A DNA stretch of 63,188 nt, filler included, from Choristocarpus tenellus KU-1152 (GCA_964200185.2; 11 parts of 11 records of this genome joined end to end with filler, not necessarily neighbours in it), one strand, 5' to 3'; positions 38,736 to 51,512 are shown, counted from the first letter of the whole stretch. Numbers and translations are program-made. The notes: generated from the letters alone by a model not told the origin.

Positions 38736-39954
38736 ATAAACGTGGATGCATTGCCAAGGATGCCGAGAAGGCAGAACTTTTCTTGGTGTCACCTGTTTGA
38801 AGACTACTAAAGAGGTAATCTAGTTACAGTAGTATGTAGTGACAGGTATTTTTTTCTAAATGACTATTTGCGATTCATTGGTATATAGTAGTCTAGAAGA
38901 GAATAGCTAGATGCATCATTTATCCCTTGCTCCATATTAGTCCAACATCGCACAGATCAACGACAGCCATAAACTTCTGCGCTGGGTACATTATATTCGT
39001 AGCGAGGGGGCTGTTTCTTTTGTCTTTGAGCTATAGCAGACTCCGGTGTTGGTTGTTATACTGTTGTACTTTATGTGCTTCGAATTGATAAGACGATGTA
39101 CATAGTGCGTACGTAGAAGTATAATACAGTCGGTATACGTACAGAGGGTAGGGGCAAGGAAAAAAAGCCTCTCTTATATAAGAGCTCTTTTCTCTTAAAC
39201 TGAGGTATCGTGATAAGAAAAACCTATTTTATATCGAGCAAAAGTGGTCGTAGGCACTTTATACTTGTCCCGGAACGACGACAGAGCGACGCCCTTGCTG
39301 TATGTGCTTCCCATATGCCTTCAAGAGTAGTTACATGTAGATATGTATTGAACATTGCCCTCAGTAAGCCCATTTCGATGAAGCTGCAGTGGTGCAGCAA
39401 GCACCACATCTACACCACGCCTCCACAGTATACCAGTGTCATATGTATACCATACTGTAACTTGGGTAAAACTACACTAATTACGATGTATTCACTCATA
39501 TGTATAGTACACCTTCCCAAGAAAAGGATCCGCAAGCTGTCGGATGGCTGGACAGACGACTCGCAGTTCAATCAAATCAATGTTCAAAGCCAATATCCCT
39601 CCAATGACCTGTCCTACATATTCAATTGCACTCTACAAGGATATTATACAATACAATATCAAAAACGCCACCGTGGATCAAATATAGCTGCACTGACATG
39701 CACCTTCCTTCACACGCACTGAGCAAAACAACATATTCGCTGATAAAAAAATCGCGACAGCCAAAAACACTCGAGTGTCTGCTTGTTTGATTGCCCTTGC
39801 CCCGATTGCATCGAGCCAAGCCAGCTTTGCTTTGCGGAGAAAATAACAAACATCGTTCATGCTGCACTCTTTAACGGTTGTTTGTAAGCTTGCAAACTCG
39901 TCAGCTACTTGAGAGTATGACGATGGAGGAATTGAGAACACCAAAGAGACTGCA

Positions 39955-40132
39955 GACCTAAAGTATCTGGGGGCGGGGGGCGGTCTACACCAGAGTTTCC
40001 ATTTGGAACAAAACGAGGAAAAATGTACTTACATTATCCACCGAACGTATGCAACCAAATCACCCAAAAATCGCGATATGAAAAACTTACCCCAAATGGA
40101 CAGTTGCCACCCACCCGCAGATACTTTGAGTC
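39955..40132 (-). mobile_element. MITE family B inside the pogo ORF; TSD TGCA/TCCA once the Copia is removed
   Basis: GACCTAAAGTATC...GATACTTTGAGTC; left flank TGCA, reconstructed right flank TCCA. Confidence 0.9.
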
Positions 40133-40134
40133 TC

Positions 40135-43100
40135 TGTTATAACATAGGTTACTCATTTGTTTCTTGTTGATATGATACACAAACTACCAGCTTGTACTGA
40201 CTTTTGATTGGTGCAATGCACTGGTTGTTAGTGTTCATTTATTTATCGCGCATTCCAACTAATCATCACATCGATGACTGTATATAGAAGTATAGCATCA
40301 GTTGATATTCAGTTGATCCACATCACACACAGGAACATCATAGCACACGTCATCCAAGTTACTTCGGAACTTGCATCAAGTGCGTTTCACTGTTACCTTG
40401 TGTTCCTCTTTCTATTTTATTGTTGTTGCCATCTCTGTTATTTTCTTTATATATGCATAAGACCTCAGATACACGGTAATTGTTGTTTATTATTTATTGG
40501 TTGTCATTGTCCCCTCACTGAGCACCTCAAGCTCACTCTGCAATAGTGCCCCTGACACACACTTGGATGTAATACACCCAGAGTTAAAACCATCTACTGA
40601 ACCTCTTGCCAGCCAAGGTAATAAGCCTCTTCACAGAGCATATACTTCTTTCACTAAGTATACCATGAAATAACACTGTATTCACATCACATCATTCTTA
40701 ACTGAGAGATCAATGACCTCAGTTACAACAGAACAAATACATCAGTGCTTTACCTTGCAATCACATCTACTCATACCACAGACTACGCTCCCTACTCATT
40801 GGTGCTTTGCAACACCACAATTCCTCTTCCTTCGTAGCCTATGTACTACATATACAATGCATTCGAATCAGGTTTCAACAGGTTATGAGCCTCAACACTT
40901 GATCGACACATACTACACCCAATCCTCCCGACCCTCCCTTGTCCTGTCCCCATTTTTTCCCTAGATTCCTTCACACCATCGTCATGGAGCACACCCTAAA
41001 ACTTCCCGTCTTCACTGGCGACGACTCCTCCTGGGACGCCTTCAAACTTGACTTCGTGGACATCATTAGCTGTATTGCACCCAACGCCTATGAAGTTCTG
41101 GTCCAGCGCCCATCACATCCCACCGTTGCCACTGCTTCACCCTCCACCACCTACGACGAGGACAACGACCAGCGTTTCGGCATCCTCCTTGCTACCTGTC
41201 GTGGATCCGCCTAGGACCTACTGCATGGACTCCAACATCGTGATGAGACTCAACTGAATGATGGGTTGTCCGCATGGCAGGTACTGAAGTCCAAGTACGA
41301 AGCGGCAACCGAACAAAGCATGCGTGCAGTTCATCGTCGCTTCGAGAACAGTACCATGGAGACTGGTGAAGACCCCGACTAATGGCTCCTACATCTCTAC
41401 AAGGCCAAGACGGAATTGGAAGGCTTCAGTGAAACCATCAGTGAATTTCGCCTGGGGGCTGCTATAATCTCTGGACTGTCGCCTGACTACGATGCGCTTC
41501 GCAGCCAAGTACGCTTCCAGTCTAAGTACTCCACTGAGGACCTCACCCCAGCCATTTGGGAAACGTACAACAACGACCTGAACCTTGCTGACTCCTCGAC
41601 TGACGCTGCTTCTAACCTTGCACTGTCCGCCAAGACACGCTTCTGCCAACGCTGCAAGCAACCTGGTCACCACCATCGCTGCTGCCCCAACCGTCCCTCC
41701 ACTTCAGGCCCACTCCCACCTGCTCACACCCCACCAAACAACACCCCCTACCCACCCACTGGTATGTGGTGCTCCTTTCACATGTCATCCACATACACTG
41801 ACCAAGAATGCCGCGCCCCAAAACGCTACCTTTCCCCACCGACCGCCCCCCATTCAACCAACGGACCACCAACCATTCCCAACCAGACCGCTACCACTTC
41901 CATCACTACCTCAGCGCCATCAGATAACTGGGGTCAAGATGCAACCGGCCACTACTCTTACTCCTTTTCCACCATCGCACCACACCACACCACTCCAGTC
42001 CAAGATCCGCAACCGACCGAACTCACCTCCTTTATAGTCGACTCCGGCTGCACAACCCACATGGCCGATCCCACTCTCCTAACCACCGTCACCACTTCCT
42101 GTCCAACTTCACTACCATTGCCAACCCATCACTGTCTCGGGTATTGGGAACCTACACCTCACAGCTCGTCAACAAGCTCTCTTCACAGGATTGCTGCAAC
42201 ACTCCCCATCAAGGCCTTCACACTCCACGTTCACCGTTCTGCTGGTACCTGGACTTGGTCGTCACTTGTACTCTGCATGTGCTGCGGTGACTTCTGGATG
42301 GACCACCATGATATCCCATCAACCGCACCTCATCAATGGCAAGACCCGCATACCACTACGAACTCTGGGTTCCCTGTACTACCTAGACTTCTCTGCCTGC
42401 CCTGCCACCCCCTCACCATCCAACTCCATTATCCCCACTGCACTCCCAGCATCACCCACTACCCCTCCTGTCACCCTCACCCATCCTACTACACATGCCT
42501 TACCACCACCTACACCCTCCTCCTCTGGCACCATCGCCTAGCCCATCTCAATGACCGCGATCTGCACCGACTTAAAACCCAACACCCTGCCGACCTTACC
42601 TTTCCCACAACAGAACACCTCCCTCCATGCTCCTCCTGTGCCATGAACAAGTCCACCCTCCAACCCCATTCAAAAATTCCCACCACAGCCCGGCAACTCC
42701 TAGAGGTTGTCCACTCCGATGTCACTGGGCCAGTGTCACCACCGTCCTTCTCGGGGAGCCGCTACGCTGTCATCTACACGGACTCTGCTACCCGCATGCG
42801 CCGCATCTACTTCATTCGCTCCAAGTCCGGCGTGTTCAACACCCTTCGGCGCTACCGCACTAACGTTACTGCCAACACTGGGTACCGCATCAAGACCCTC
42901 CGCTCGGACACTGGTGGCGAGTATACAGGACGCGACATCTCCACCTACTGCACCCACCACAACATCCGCCAAGAGTTCACCAACCCCTACTCTTCCCAAG
43001 ACAATGGCCTGGCTGAACGACAGTGGCGCACCATCTTCCCCAAAGCACGCTCCATCCTCATCTCTCAGCACGGATCTACCCAAGCAACTTTGGACTGAAG

Positions 43101-43865
43101 CTGTTGCCACGGCCACCCACCTCACCAATCTGTTACCCACTGCCACACTCAACTACGACACTCCCTACCACGCCTGGCACACAACTCAACCTGACCTGTC
43201 CATCCTCCGTGTCTTCGGTGCTCGGCCTATGTACATCATAACTGCTCCCACGGAGGTAAAATGGCACCTACAGCATGGACAGGGCGCATGGTTGGATACT
43301 GCACGCACAGCACTGGGTATCGTCTCTGGAAACCACACACTAACAAAGTACTCAACACTCGCCATGTCACTTTTATTGAAGAAATTCCATTGACATTGCC
43401 CCTGCCCCATTCAGACCCAGATCAACCCACCTGCCTCATCCTCCCAACACCTAATACCACCAGCCCCCCCCCCGTTCTTATCACAAGACTCCACTGACCT
43501 TACACCCACATCAAACATGCATACACCCCACCCCTACAACCCCACCTTCTGTCCCACTGACTCCCTCAGACACCATAACCACCCCACCCCCAACCTCCTT
43601 ACCACTGCCTACTGCCACGTGCACAATCTCGAGAACTTCATCGCCTCAGCTGTTTTAACAACCCAGGTCTCCGTGAGGAAGCCTCCCTTGCTACTACCAC
43701 TTTATTTGACTGCCCTGACATACTTGCTGGGGCCTCCTCTGCCACCACATCTATATCTAACACCCTTCAATCTCTCTTTGTTCACTCTGTCCTCCTACAC
43801 CAAACCCCATCTAGCCCCATTATCCCTGACCTGCCTCTTTCTTTCAAAGAGTTCAGGTTTCAACA
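40135..43865 (+). mobile_element. Ty1/copia element with 5-bp TSD GTCTC; RT, RNase H and most of the 3' LTR deleted
   Basis: 5' LTR 40135-40880; PBS GGTTATGAGCC 40881-40891; gag ATG at 40984 (LPVFTGDDSSW); Zn knuckle CQRCKQPGHHHRCC; protease IVDSGCTTHM; integrase LWHHRLAH...CSSC...VHSDVTGP...LRSDTGGEY...NGLAER; ends TTCAGGTTTCAACA at 43865; GTCTC at 40130-40134 and 43866-43870. Confidence 0.95.
40984..43400 (+). pseudogene. Copia gag-protease-integrase polyprotein, disrupted
   Basis: In-frame stops at 41212 and about 41380; compensating frameshifts around 42090-42500 (conserved VLLVPGLGRHLYS and GSLYYL lie in another frame); further shifts near 43070 and 43230. Confidence 0.9.
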
Positions 43866-45918
43866 GTCTCCACCTTTCCTCACGGCCCCCTGTGCGCTGC
43901 CCCCAGTCATAAACCCGGTGTCATCCTTGTCACCAGAGCATTCATTGTCTGACCGGTACAAGAATTTCTCGAGAAGCTGGTCTTTCATGTGATCTAGTAT
44001 CGCATTGGCCACTTCATCGATGTCTTTCACACCAATCCATGCTCTTGCTGCGTTGATGGAAGCCTGAGACAGTTGTCCGCTAGGTTTAAGGTGCAGAGCT
44101 TCAAGGGCATTAGAGGGATCCTCATTAATGTATAGGAAGACCTTGTGGGACGTACCTCTACGAACAAAATTGCCACTCATGATACTACAGTACACAGTAT
44201 AGACATTACAGTACAACAGAAATGCGCGCAAAATTAATAAAATCATGATCCTCATCAGCAAACAATGCAGAAAGACAATTCCATCACGATCACTATCAAC
44301 CTAATTTCAGACTTTCAATCCACGCGCCGACGCACCTCGACATGTTTAGCATCCCTCGTAGACTTGGCATCAGGCTTCAGTGTCTGCGCTTTCTCCATGA
44401 TGGATGTTGCCTCCTTCAAATTGTAGAGGGTGCTTTGATCAATTCCAAACTTTCGAGCAATCACAGTTCCCGTCATGGTCTTCAGGAATCTCAACGCTTC
44501 CACCTTCTCTGCAAAGCTCAACGTTTACGATTGCCGGCACCACAAGGCTTGTAGGGAGAGCCTTTCTCCGTAGATATATTTGGCAGCTCCTTCCCCTCGC
44601 CCTTGTTCTTGTTATCGTGGCGCTTCGACGCCATGTTGCCACCAGCTGGAGGACTCAAAGCTTTGTGCTTGGTGGGGCTCACGCTCAATTTCCACACGCA
44701 TTTCATTTCGCTAGAGCTAAAATGGATCCACGAAACCGCAAATGTCATGAAGATAGCTGCTACAAACGCGACACTTATGATATGTATAGTGTGGTGGACC
44801 AGGAGTAATACCCTTTATGTTGCAGCTGGATCCCACTGCGCAGGGCATCGTTAATCTGTACAATGCAGTCATCTAAACTTGATGTGATATAGTGTACGTA
44901 CTGTACTATGAGGTAATGAGAGACAAGAGACTGCTATGCTTTGTACTGGTGGTCTCGAGCAGGTTTGTGCCTTACTTTGTTGTATTTTCCCTAACTTTAG
45001 ACATGACTTTTGGGAAATCCCTCGATCATGTAGAGACAAAAAATACAAGTCTGCTCGATGTAATAGAGAATTGGCAGGAAAACGCCGAACCCCTCTCATA
45101 GTCTGAAAAGTCGTGACAAGGTATTTCACCCTCTCTTATATAACGTTTTCTCTTATATCGACCTATCTTATATAGGTACACTGACTATATACGGGTTGTA
45201 GATGATCACAAAATCAAAGACAAATATTATTCTTCTCTACTCTGCATTATCTTCTTACGCATACAAATATTTTCTCCTGTAATGGTTGTATCCTCTAGAA
45301 TGTCAACGGAAATGGTATATATGCACAAAATAGCCAATAAAATTGAGCTGATATTAAATCAGCTCAATTTGAGATAAATCCCTAATCAAACCAAATCAGT
45401 CACATATTCTGCAGCCTTTATTTAGGAAAACACAGAACAGTGGCCTGTCTTTAGATATGTTGGTTTTGGTTGTGGAGAGAAACCATGGGTGAATTATTGT
45501 GTCGAAGCAAATTTTTCTCTCAGCAACCAAGCACCAACCCAACCTCGTCACATTACGCACAGGTTCAGCATGTCGTCTTCAATTCAATCGAGTTAGCACC
45601 AAAACAATTTCGAAACGTATTTCACAACAATGTACAGGTAGCAAGAGTGACATTCTTTTTGAGGAAACAACGCAAATAGGTAGGAATGGTACTTGCATTC
45701 TCACCCGCTGTAACACTCATTCCCATGGTTCGCTGAGAGTACTGTGAAGAATAGGACTTCTGCATAGTTGATTAATGATTGCTTGGTATTTTAGGAAGAC
45801 TCTACTGAGTTATGTTCATATAGCGATATGTTGAAGTGTACAGGGAATCCCTCTGAACCACCTCTATCTTTGGGAACCACTGCAATATATTTATCACTTA
45901 CTGCACGCATTTTCGAAA

Positions 45919-46229
45919 TCCTAACCCTAGACCTAACCCAAACCCTAAGACTCAAAGCATTTAAGAGAGTTAGGGCCATGTCGATTTCGGGTCATAAATC
46001 CAATGTTGCATCTTTGTTTAATTTTTACTATCGTGGGTGTTAGCAAGTGTCAATATCCTTGCTCTGGACACACCTTTCATAGTTTTATACATCTCTTAGG
46101 TAACTGCATTCACACAGAAAACTGAAAAAGGGCAAGAAAAAAACAGGAAGCCAAACCCTGAATGGACAAACAGGACAAAACTCCTACCCTCTTAAATACT
46201 TTGTCTCTAACCCTTACCCTAACCCTAAC
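45919..46229. repeat. Interstitial telomere-like (CCCTAA)n tract split by a MITE
   Basis: Degenerate CCCTAA units at 45919-45948 and 46208-46229. Confidence 0.75.
45949..46207 (+). mobile_element. MITE subfamily A2 (AAAGCATTTAAGAG terminus), full length
   Basis: GACTCAAAGCATTTAAGAG...CTCTTAAATACTTTGTCTC; body homologous to family A; flanks TAA/TAA. Confidence 0.88.
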
Positions 46230-46867
46230 GTTGACCTGTTTGTAAAAGCTCCAAGTTTCATGTGAAGAAGTGAAAAAGTATGACAGCGGTGGTTACCCAA
46301 GACAGTGGGGTTCCCCAATGCACTCCAAAGTTTCTTATTCTGGCGGAGTAACACACTAATGATTACAAATTCATGATATTTATTGTATAATATGTTGATG
46401 AATGAGTTCTTTGGTAGATTAAATGGTAGAAAAACACACGGTAAGACCTTATACCTAGGTGTTCACCCTCTCCTTGCTATCACCATCTATATTATTTGGC
46501 TAGGGGAATGTGTGAGATTACCATTACTTTTCCTCTCATGAAGTCTATCCTCGTCGAGTCTTCACTACTTTTACAAATACTCCAGATTAGCAATCTCCAG
46601 ACTGAATCTGCACATGCTATGAGTGCTATGAGTATGGAGGACGATCGATGCTGACAGGTGCAGCTGGCCGATCACTGGACCTTGTTACTGTCAGTCACTG
46701 CGGTAGCTCTGCTAGCAATATACATTGTATGAAGGGAGCCCGAACAACAGGGGGATATTGTTAGAACTGGAGAGAGTCTATGGAGGACACGCCAACGACA
46801 GCCCTGGCCAATTCGTGGGGGGATAGTTGGAAATGTCTCCGAATGATACCACCCACTGAGCATCCAC

Positions 46868-46906
46868 TGTTGAAACCTGAATCGAATGCATTGTATATGA
46901 TACATA
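46868..46906 (-). mobile_element. 3' end of a Copia LTR (40135 family), cut by contig end
   Basis: TGTTGAAACCTGAATCGAATGCATTGTATATG is the reverse complement of the LTR end near 40850-40880. Confidence 0.85.
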
Positions 46907-47249
46907 NNNNNNNNNNNNNNNNNNNNNNNNNNNNNNNNNNNNNNNNNNNNTTAATTAATTAANNNNNNNNNNNNNNNNNNNNNNNNNNNNNNNNNNNNNN
47001 NNNNNNCCCCCCAGATACTTTGACCCTCAACCCTACCAGGCATGACCACTATACATACTAGTATGCCAAGTACCTGATAAAGCCACAAAACGTCCTCGCC
47101 AGTGTTGGTATTGGTCCTACCGTTACCTCCTTGTATAGAGTCAGTAGTGAATATTCTGTTGCTCAACTGTGAGTTGTGGCACTCACAACAGTATACCCCC
47201 ATTCATATACTTTCCTCCATCTGATATTATTTATCTTCCACTCCATCAG

Positions 47250-50200
47250 GCCAGTTCTCGCGGATTTCGGTCGAAAAGGCCTCATCAGTGATCGTCAGGA
47301 CCTGTAGAAGATTCTTGCAAACATTCTATGGAATCCCAGGCAAAGATGAGATACGAGATGGGCAACGGTTTCACTTGGAGGCCGAAGCAAAGTGGAAAAA
47401 TGGCAAGGGTCGGCTTGCCTCCACTCTCAACTACGCCCTGGTGAGCAGTATCTTCTCACAGTTCACTACGAGTTTAGTTGAAATGGCAAAATTATGGGAA
47501 ATATTTTCATCCAATTACAAAAGCTAAGTATTACCTTTTGCTTCACTATATGATAAGGTGTGATAGTTATGTCACAGTGCTCAGAACATACGACCACATC
47601 TGGAGGAGGAAGTCCCAGGGCTGTTGGGTTGATAACCAGTGACTGTGAATGACTGTGAACTCAACAGCAGTAGTCTTGTTTCTATTCTAGATCTACTGCC
47701 GTAAGAGTTTGAGTCTTCAACTATTATATTTCTAGGGCCTCAGTAGTGGTTCGCTTACAATTTATTGTGATATGACAATAATACCTCATCAAATCAACAA
47801 TTTTTCTTTGAGATGCCCTTTCCGTAATCAATGTTGCAATTTGATATATTAAGACTTGGATACCTAATCTTCTCCAATAAAAGCCATACTAGTATGAACA
47901 TTGAATCTAGGCCCTTCAGGATATTATTGACCCTAGTACAATATTCCTGTCATACAAAACACAAAATTCAAGTTGATAGATGTACATGAGAACAGTAGTG
48001 CTTTATCAGAGAGTACAACATAAAGGAGAATACAAATTTGTTGGATCTAAGGAAAGATCCCATCCTACCCGTTTTGACAAGGTGGGGGAATGAGAAAATC
48101 GAGTCGAAACTATGAAAACAAATCTATGGACTAGTGTATGTTTTGCCTGCCCTCCATGGAAATCGGCCAATTGATGCATTCACCTTCTCGCTTTGACAAG
48201 GGTAGTGGGCATCCAATAGGAGACGTGAAAGTGGAAGGAGAGAGGAGGTAAGGATAGAGCTATTGGACATATGGCAAGGAGAGTAGTACAAAAAAAAAAA
48301 CGCAAATACATAGCAGGTGGCTCTCCTTTCAGGTTCCAGTAGTATTGTTTTATGAAAGGTTGCGCATTATTAAGATGAACACTATTTTTTGTATTTTCTC
48401 GATCATCTATTTTTTCTTCTTGTTAGTATGTGCTCCAAATACTTTGAAGTATGAACCAACACCAAAGAATTCTGACATCCTTGGGGTGCCACCAGCACTA
48501 AAAAGAAATTACTAACCTCGTTAATGGGTTATGTACAATGCAATATGCAGAGTACTACTTTTAATCAACCCTACGTTCCTGATTCAACAATATTTCAACA
48601 GTATCCACACAATTGTAATGACAATACCAACATGAAATGACATCTCCCTGGACCAGCACTGTTCTTTGTACCCCTCCGGTTCCTCCTTCATCCGCCACCA
48701 ACTCTTCGCCTTCCTCTATTGCTCAGTCTTCCTACAAGAAAACGTCCCATTGTCCTTCCTGCCATTCACAATAGCTTTCCTCATAGCTACATCTTCCTCA
48801 TCCATCCACTTACACCTTCAGGTCTCAGATCTTGAGTTTGGGTCCTGAAGCTCTGGATCTTGATGTTTCAAACCTTCCACAAACTACCCCACTTCTGTTA
48901 CACTCTCCCAGGCCAATGTCCCGTCTCCAGCACTCCCTCTTGCAAACCACGCCTATTCTCATCTCTGAAATTTATCCCTACCATACTCTGCTCCACAACC
49001 TTCAAGGTGCTTCATACTCACTACCACAACCTAGAGGCAGCGGCACCACTCTACGAGGATGCTTTGCGGCTTTCACCAGAAAATCCCCTTGTACAACGAG
49101 CCTGTGCTCTCTTTCTTCTAGCCAGTTGTCAGTTCCCAAGGGAAAAAAGCCAAAGAAAGGCGCTGGCACTCCTGGAGGCAGCAGACTACAGGTAGATCTC
49201 ATGGAAATTTCGAAACGATCTTTCCTACCACACTAGCTCTATAACGAGAGGTTACTGCTCTCCTTCTACTACTAGTAGGACCCAACCCTAAACACAACAC
49301 AGGTCAATTTATGCATCCCCTGTGATAGTCCACTTAATTTCTAATTCTCATTATTGCCTCTTGGAATCCCTCCTTTTGTGCCCCCTTCTTTACCCTTGAA
49401 CTTTTTTTCAACGTTTTAAGGGATCGGGATATGGACAAATTCGTTCTTGCCCAAAAGGCTTTTTATCACTGGGGGCTTGTAATGAACCCACGGCACTCAA
49501 GGGCTCTCCTCAACTGGGCCCTCGTCCTTGAGCATGTGCATAAGGATGTAGACTTGTCGGGTGAGAAACTTGGTTGTATATTCTGAAGGGGGGATGTTGA
49601 GTTTTGATGGTCCATAGGACTGCGTGCAATTATACAACAAATAACTTTCCGCATTATGTTGGGCACTTTAGCTAACCATGTGCTCACAGTTCATCTTCTA
49701 GAGCAATCCTCTTCTGAAAGGGGTTAACTCCGCTTCACGCATGGGCATTGTGTGTATTGTATATTACACAAGGATCAAACTCAAAAAGGGCCAAAATACA
49801 CCCCCCTCTCAGATGATTTCATTCTAAGAAGCCCCTTCCTGTGCTTGGCATTTCCACATGGTCACCTCACAGTGTTTGACACATGGTGAGCCTTTCCTTG
49901 CTTGCTGCACATATGCTTCACTCAATCACATACATGGAAAGCTTTTGAGCCGATAATATTAATGCTCACAATTCATTCGATCAACAACACCACATACATG
50001 AGCTGAGCCCTTCTCACAATCTATCAAAATTTCCTCCTACTAAGCACAGATTTATTCAGCTTCGAAAAACTTTGATTGGGAGAAAAACTTTGATTGGGAG
50101 TAAAATAGTAGGTGTCTATCTCTTGTATTTGGCAGGTGAGGATGTAGAATCCTTGACCATGACATACACTCCGAGAGCTTGTAGTGCTCTTCTGTGAACT

Positions 50201-51512
50201 TAAAAATGAGGCAGGAAAGATGCTGCCATGAGTTATTATTACAAAGACACAAACTGCAAAATAGATTATCAGTTGAGCAAATCGCTAATAGTAAGAAGAG
50301 TCCATACTGCAGGAAAAAATCAACACACCCAGGCAAGTCAAGTTCATACAAACACCGATCACGCTCACCAACTTATATATAGTAACGGTGTCCTGTCCTC
50401 CCTCAAACTCTCTACTCCCCTGGTCCTTCAAATTCTCCAGGATATTATTTCCAAGTTCTTCCTTAGCCAGTCCTACAAGCTAAAATGTCCGTCCCCCCCG
50501 CCCCCCAGCCATTCTAAGGCTTCCTACTCTTGGCAACCCACTCTCATAGCACATTACAGACATTCACTCACCAACTTAATCTTTCTCTCCCATTTTCCCA
50601 ACCTCAACCAACCTAAGAGCTGTTCTACAGAAGAGCACTGGCAGCGAATGATCTGGATCCTCATGTGCTATCAAACTACAACGACTTTTGCCTAGAGCGC
50701 CTCCCAGGAGGTGGGAAACCTGGAGGTGGTCCCGGGACCAGGGTTCTACGAAGGTCACATGTTGTTGAGATGAGGCAAGTTACACCATGACGAGCGTAAT
50801 GTTGAACCACATGAGAGTGTAATATGGAGAGGCATATTGGTTTAAGTAGTTGTTGCGCATTTCTTTGACCTGTCATGCAAGACCAACACAGCTGAACACA
50901 CTTCAAAAAGTACATCTAAAAATTCGTGAAGCAGTAAATAGGCTTCAACAGTACAGCAAAATGATGGAGGCACAGGACAAAAAAAATCCGTCTAGATTGA
51001 GCAATTGAATTTCGACTTTTTCTCATTTCCAACTGAAAATACCTCGGAATTTGATGGAGGTAAGTAGGGGATGATACATGTTAAGAAATGCATCCAACAG
51101 GAATATTTGCACCACAGGCAACATTATGTTAGTGCACAAGTACTGCTCTTGATTGGCATCCCCAATACCATTCCCCTCAATCAATATATTGTTCAAGTAC
51201 TCTTAGGAATCCTTGGTTCCTAACACAACTTTAACTCTAAGCTATTCCGCCAATATAACCAGTCATTCCTATTGGTCCCAACCTCCAATAAGCCCTCCCT
51301 TTACATAAAAACCGCAATCACAGGCCGGAATGTGAAGGATGGCAAAAGTTCTGTGATCCAGTAATGGCGGCAGTGGAGGGGGAAACAGCATGTTTGTCTA
51401 CCTTCTGGTTCCACCCCACATCACAGGAGACAAGCTGGGGCGGACTGGATATGGCGGTGGCATGGAAGGAGAGGAGGTCCAGGGCCAAAATTGTGCTCCT
51501 TGACGAAAATGG
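47250..51512 (+). CDS. Five internal exons of an IQ-like/TPR/WW-domain protein: 47250-47440, 49007-49191, 49421-49560, 50618-50774, 51324-51512
   Basis: Intron phases chain (0, 2, 1, 2) into one frame: ...LNYAL|VLHTHYHNLEAAAPLYEDALRLSPENP...DYR|DRDMDKF...LLNWALVLEHVHKDVDLSE|LFYRRALAANDLDPHVLSNYNDF...EMR|PECEGWQKFCDP...TFWFHPTSQETSW...DENG. TPR-type helices span junctions; WW signature in the last exon. Confidence 0.88.

Larger units (their letters stand above)
39160..45183 (-). mobile_element. pogo/Tigger (Tc1-mariner) element, internally deleted, split by a MITE and a Copia
   Basis: Terminus CAGTGTACCTATATAAGA at 45183; ATG at 44634; CENP-B/psq HTH LSFAEKVEALRFL...VIARKFGIDQSTL (44521-44315); C-terminus ...LRKAKLAWL...KQADTRVF (39950-39760); subterminal TTATATAAGAG/TATCGAGCA repeats at both ends. 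Confidence 0.82.

Noticed and set aside
41416-43098. 560-aa ORF as an intact, active Copia polyprotein, and its overlapping ORFs as extra genes
   Set aside because: Upstream gag has stops, the middle is out of the conserved frame, and RT is absent; overlapping ORFs follow from the C-rich, stop-poor composition.
50064-50100. 18-bp perfect tandem duplication (also a 36-bp one near 9134-9215)
   Set aside because: Ordinary local slippage with no further structure.
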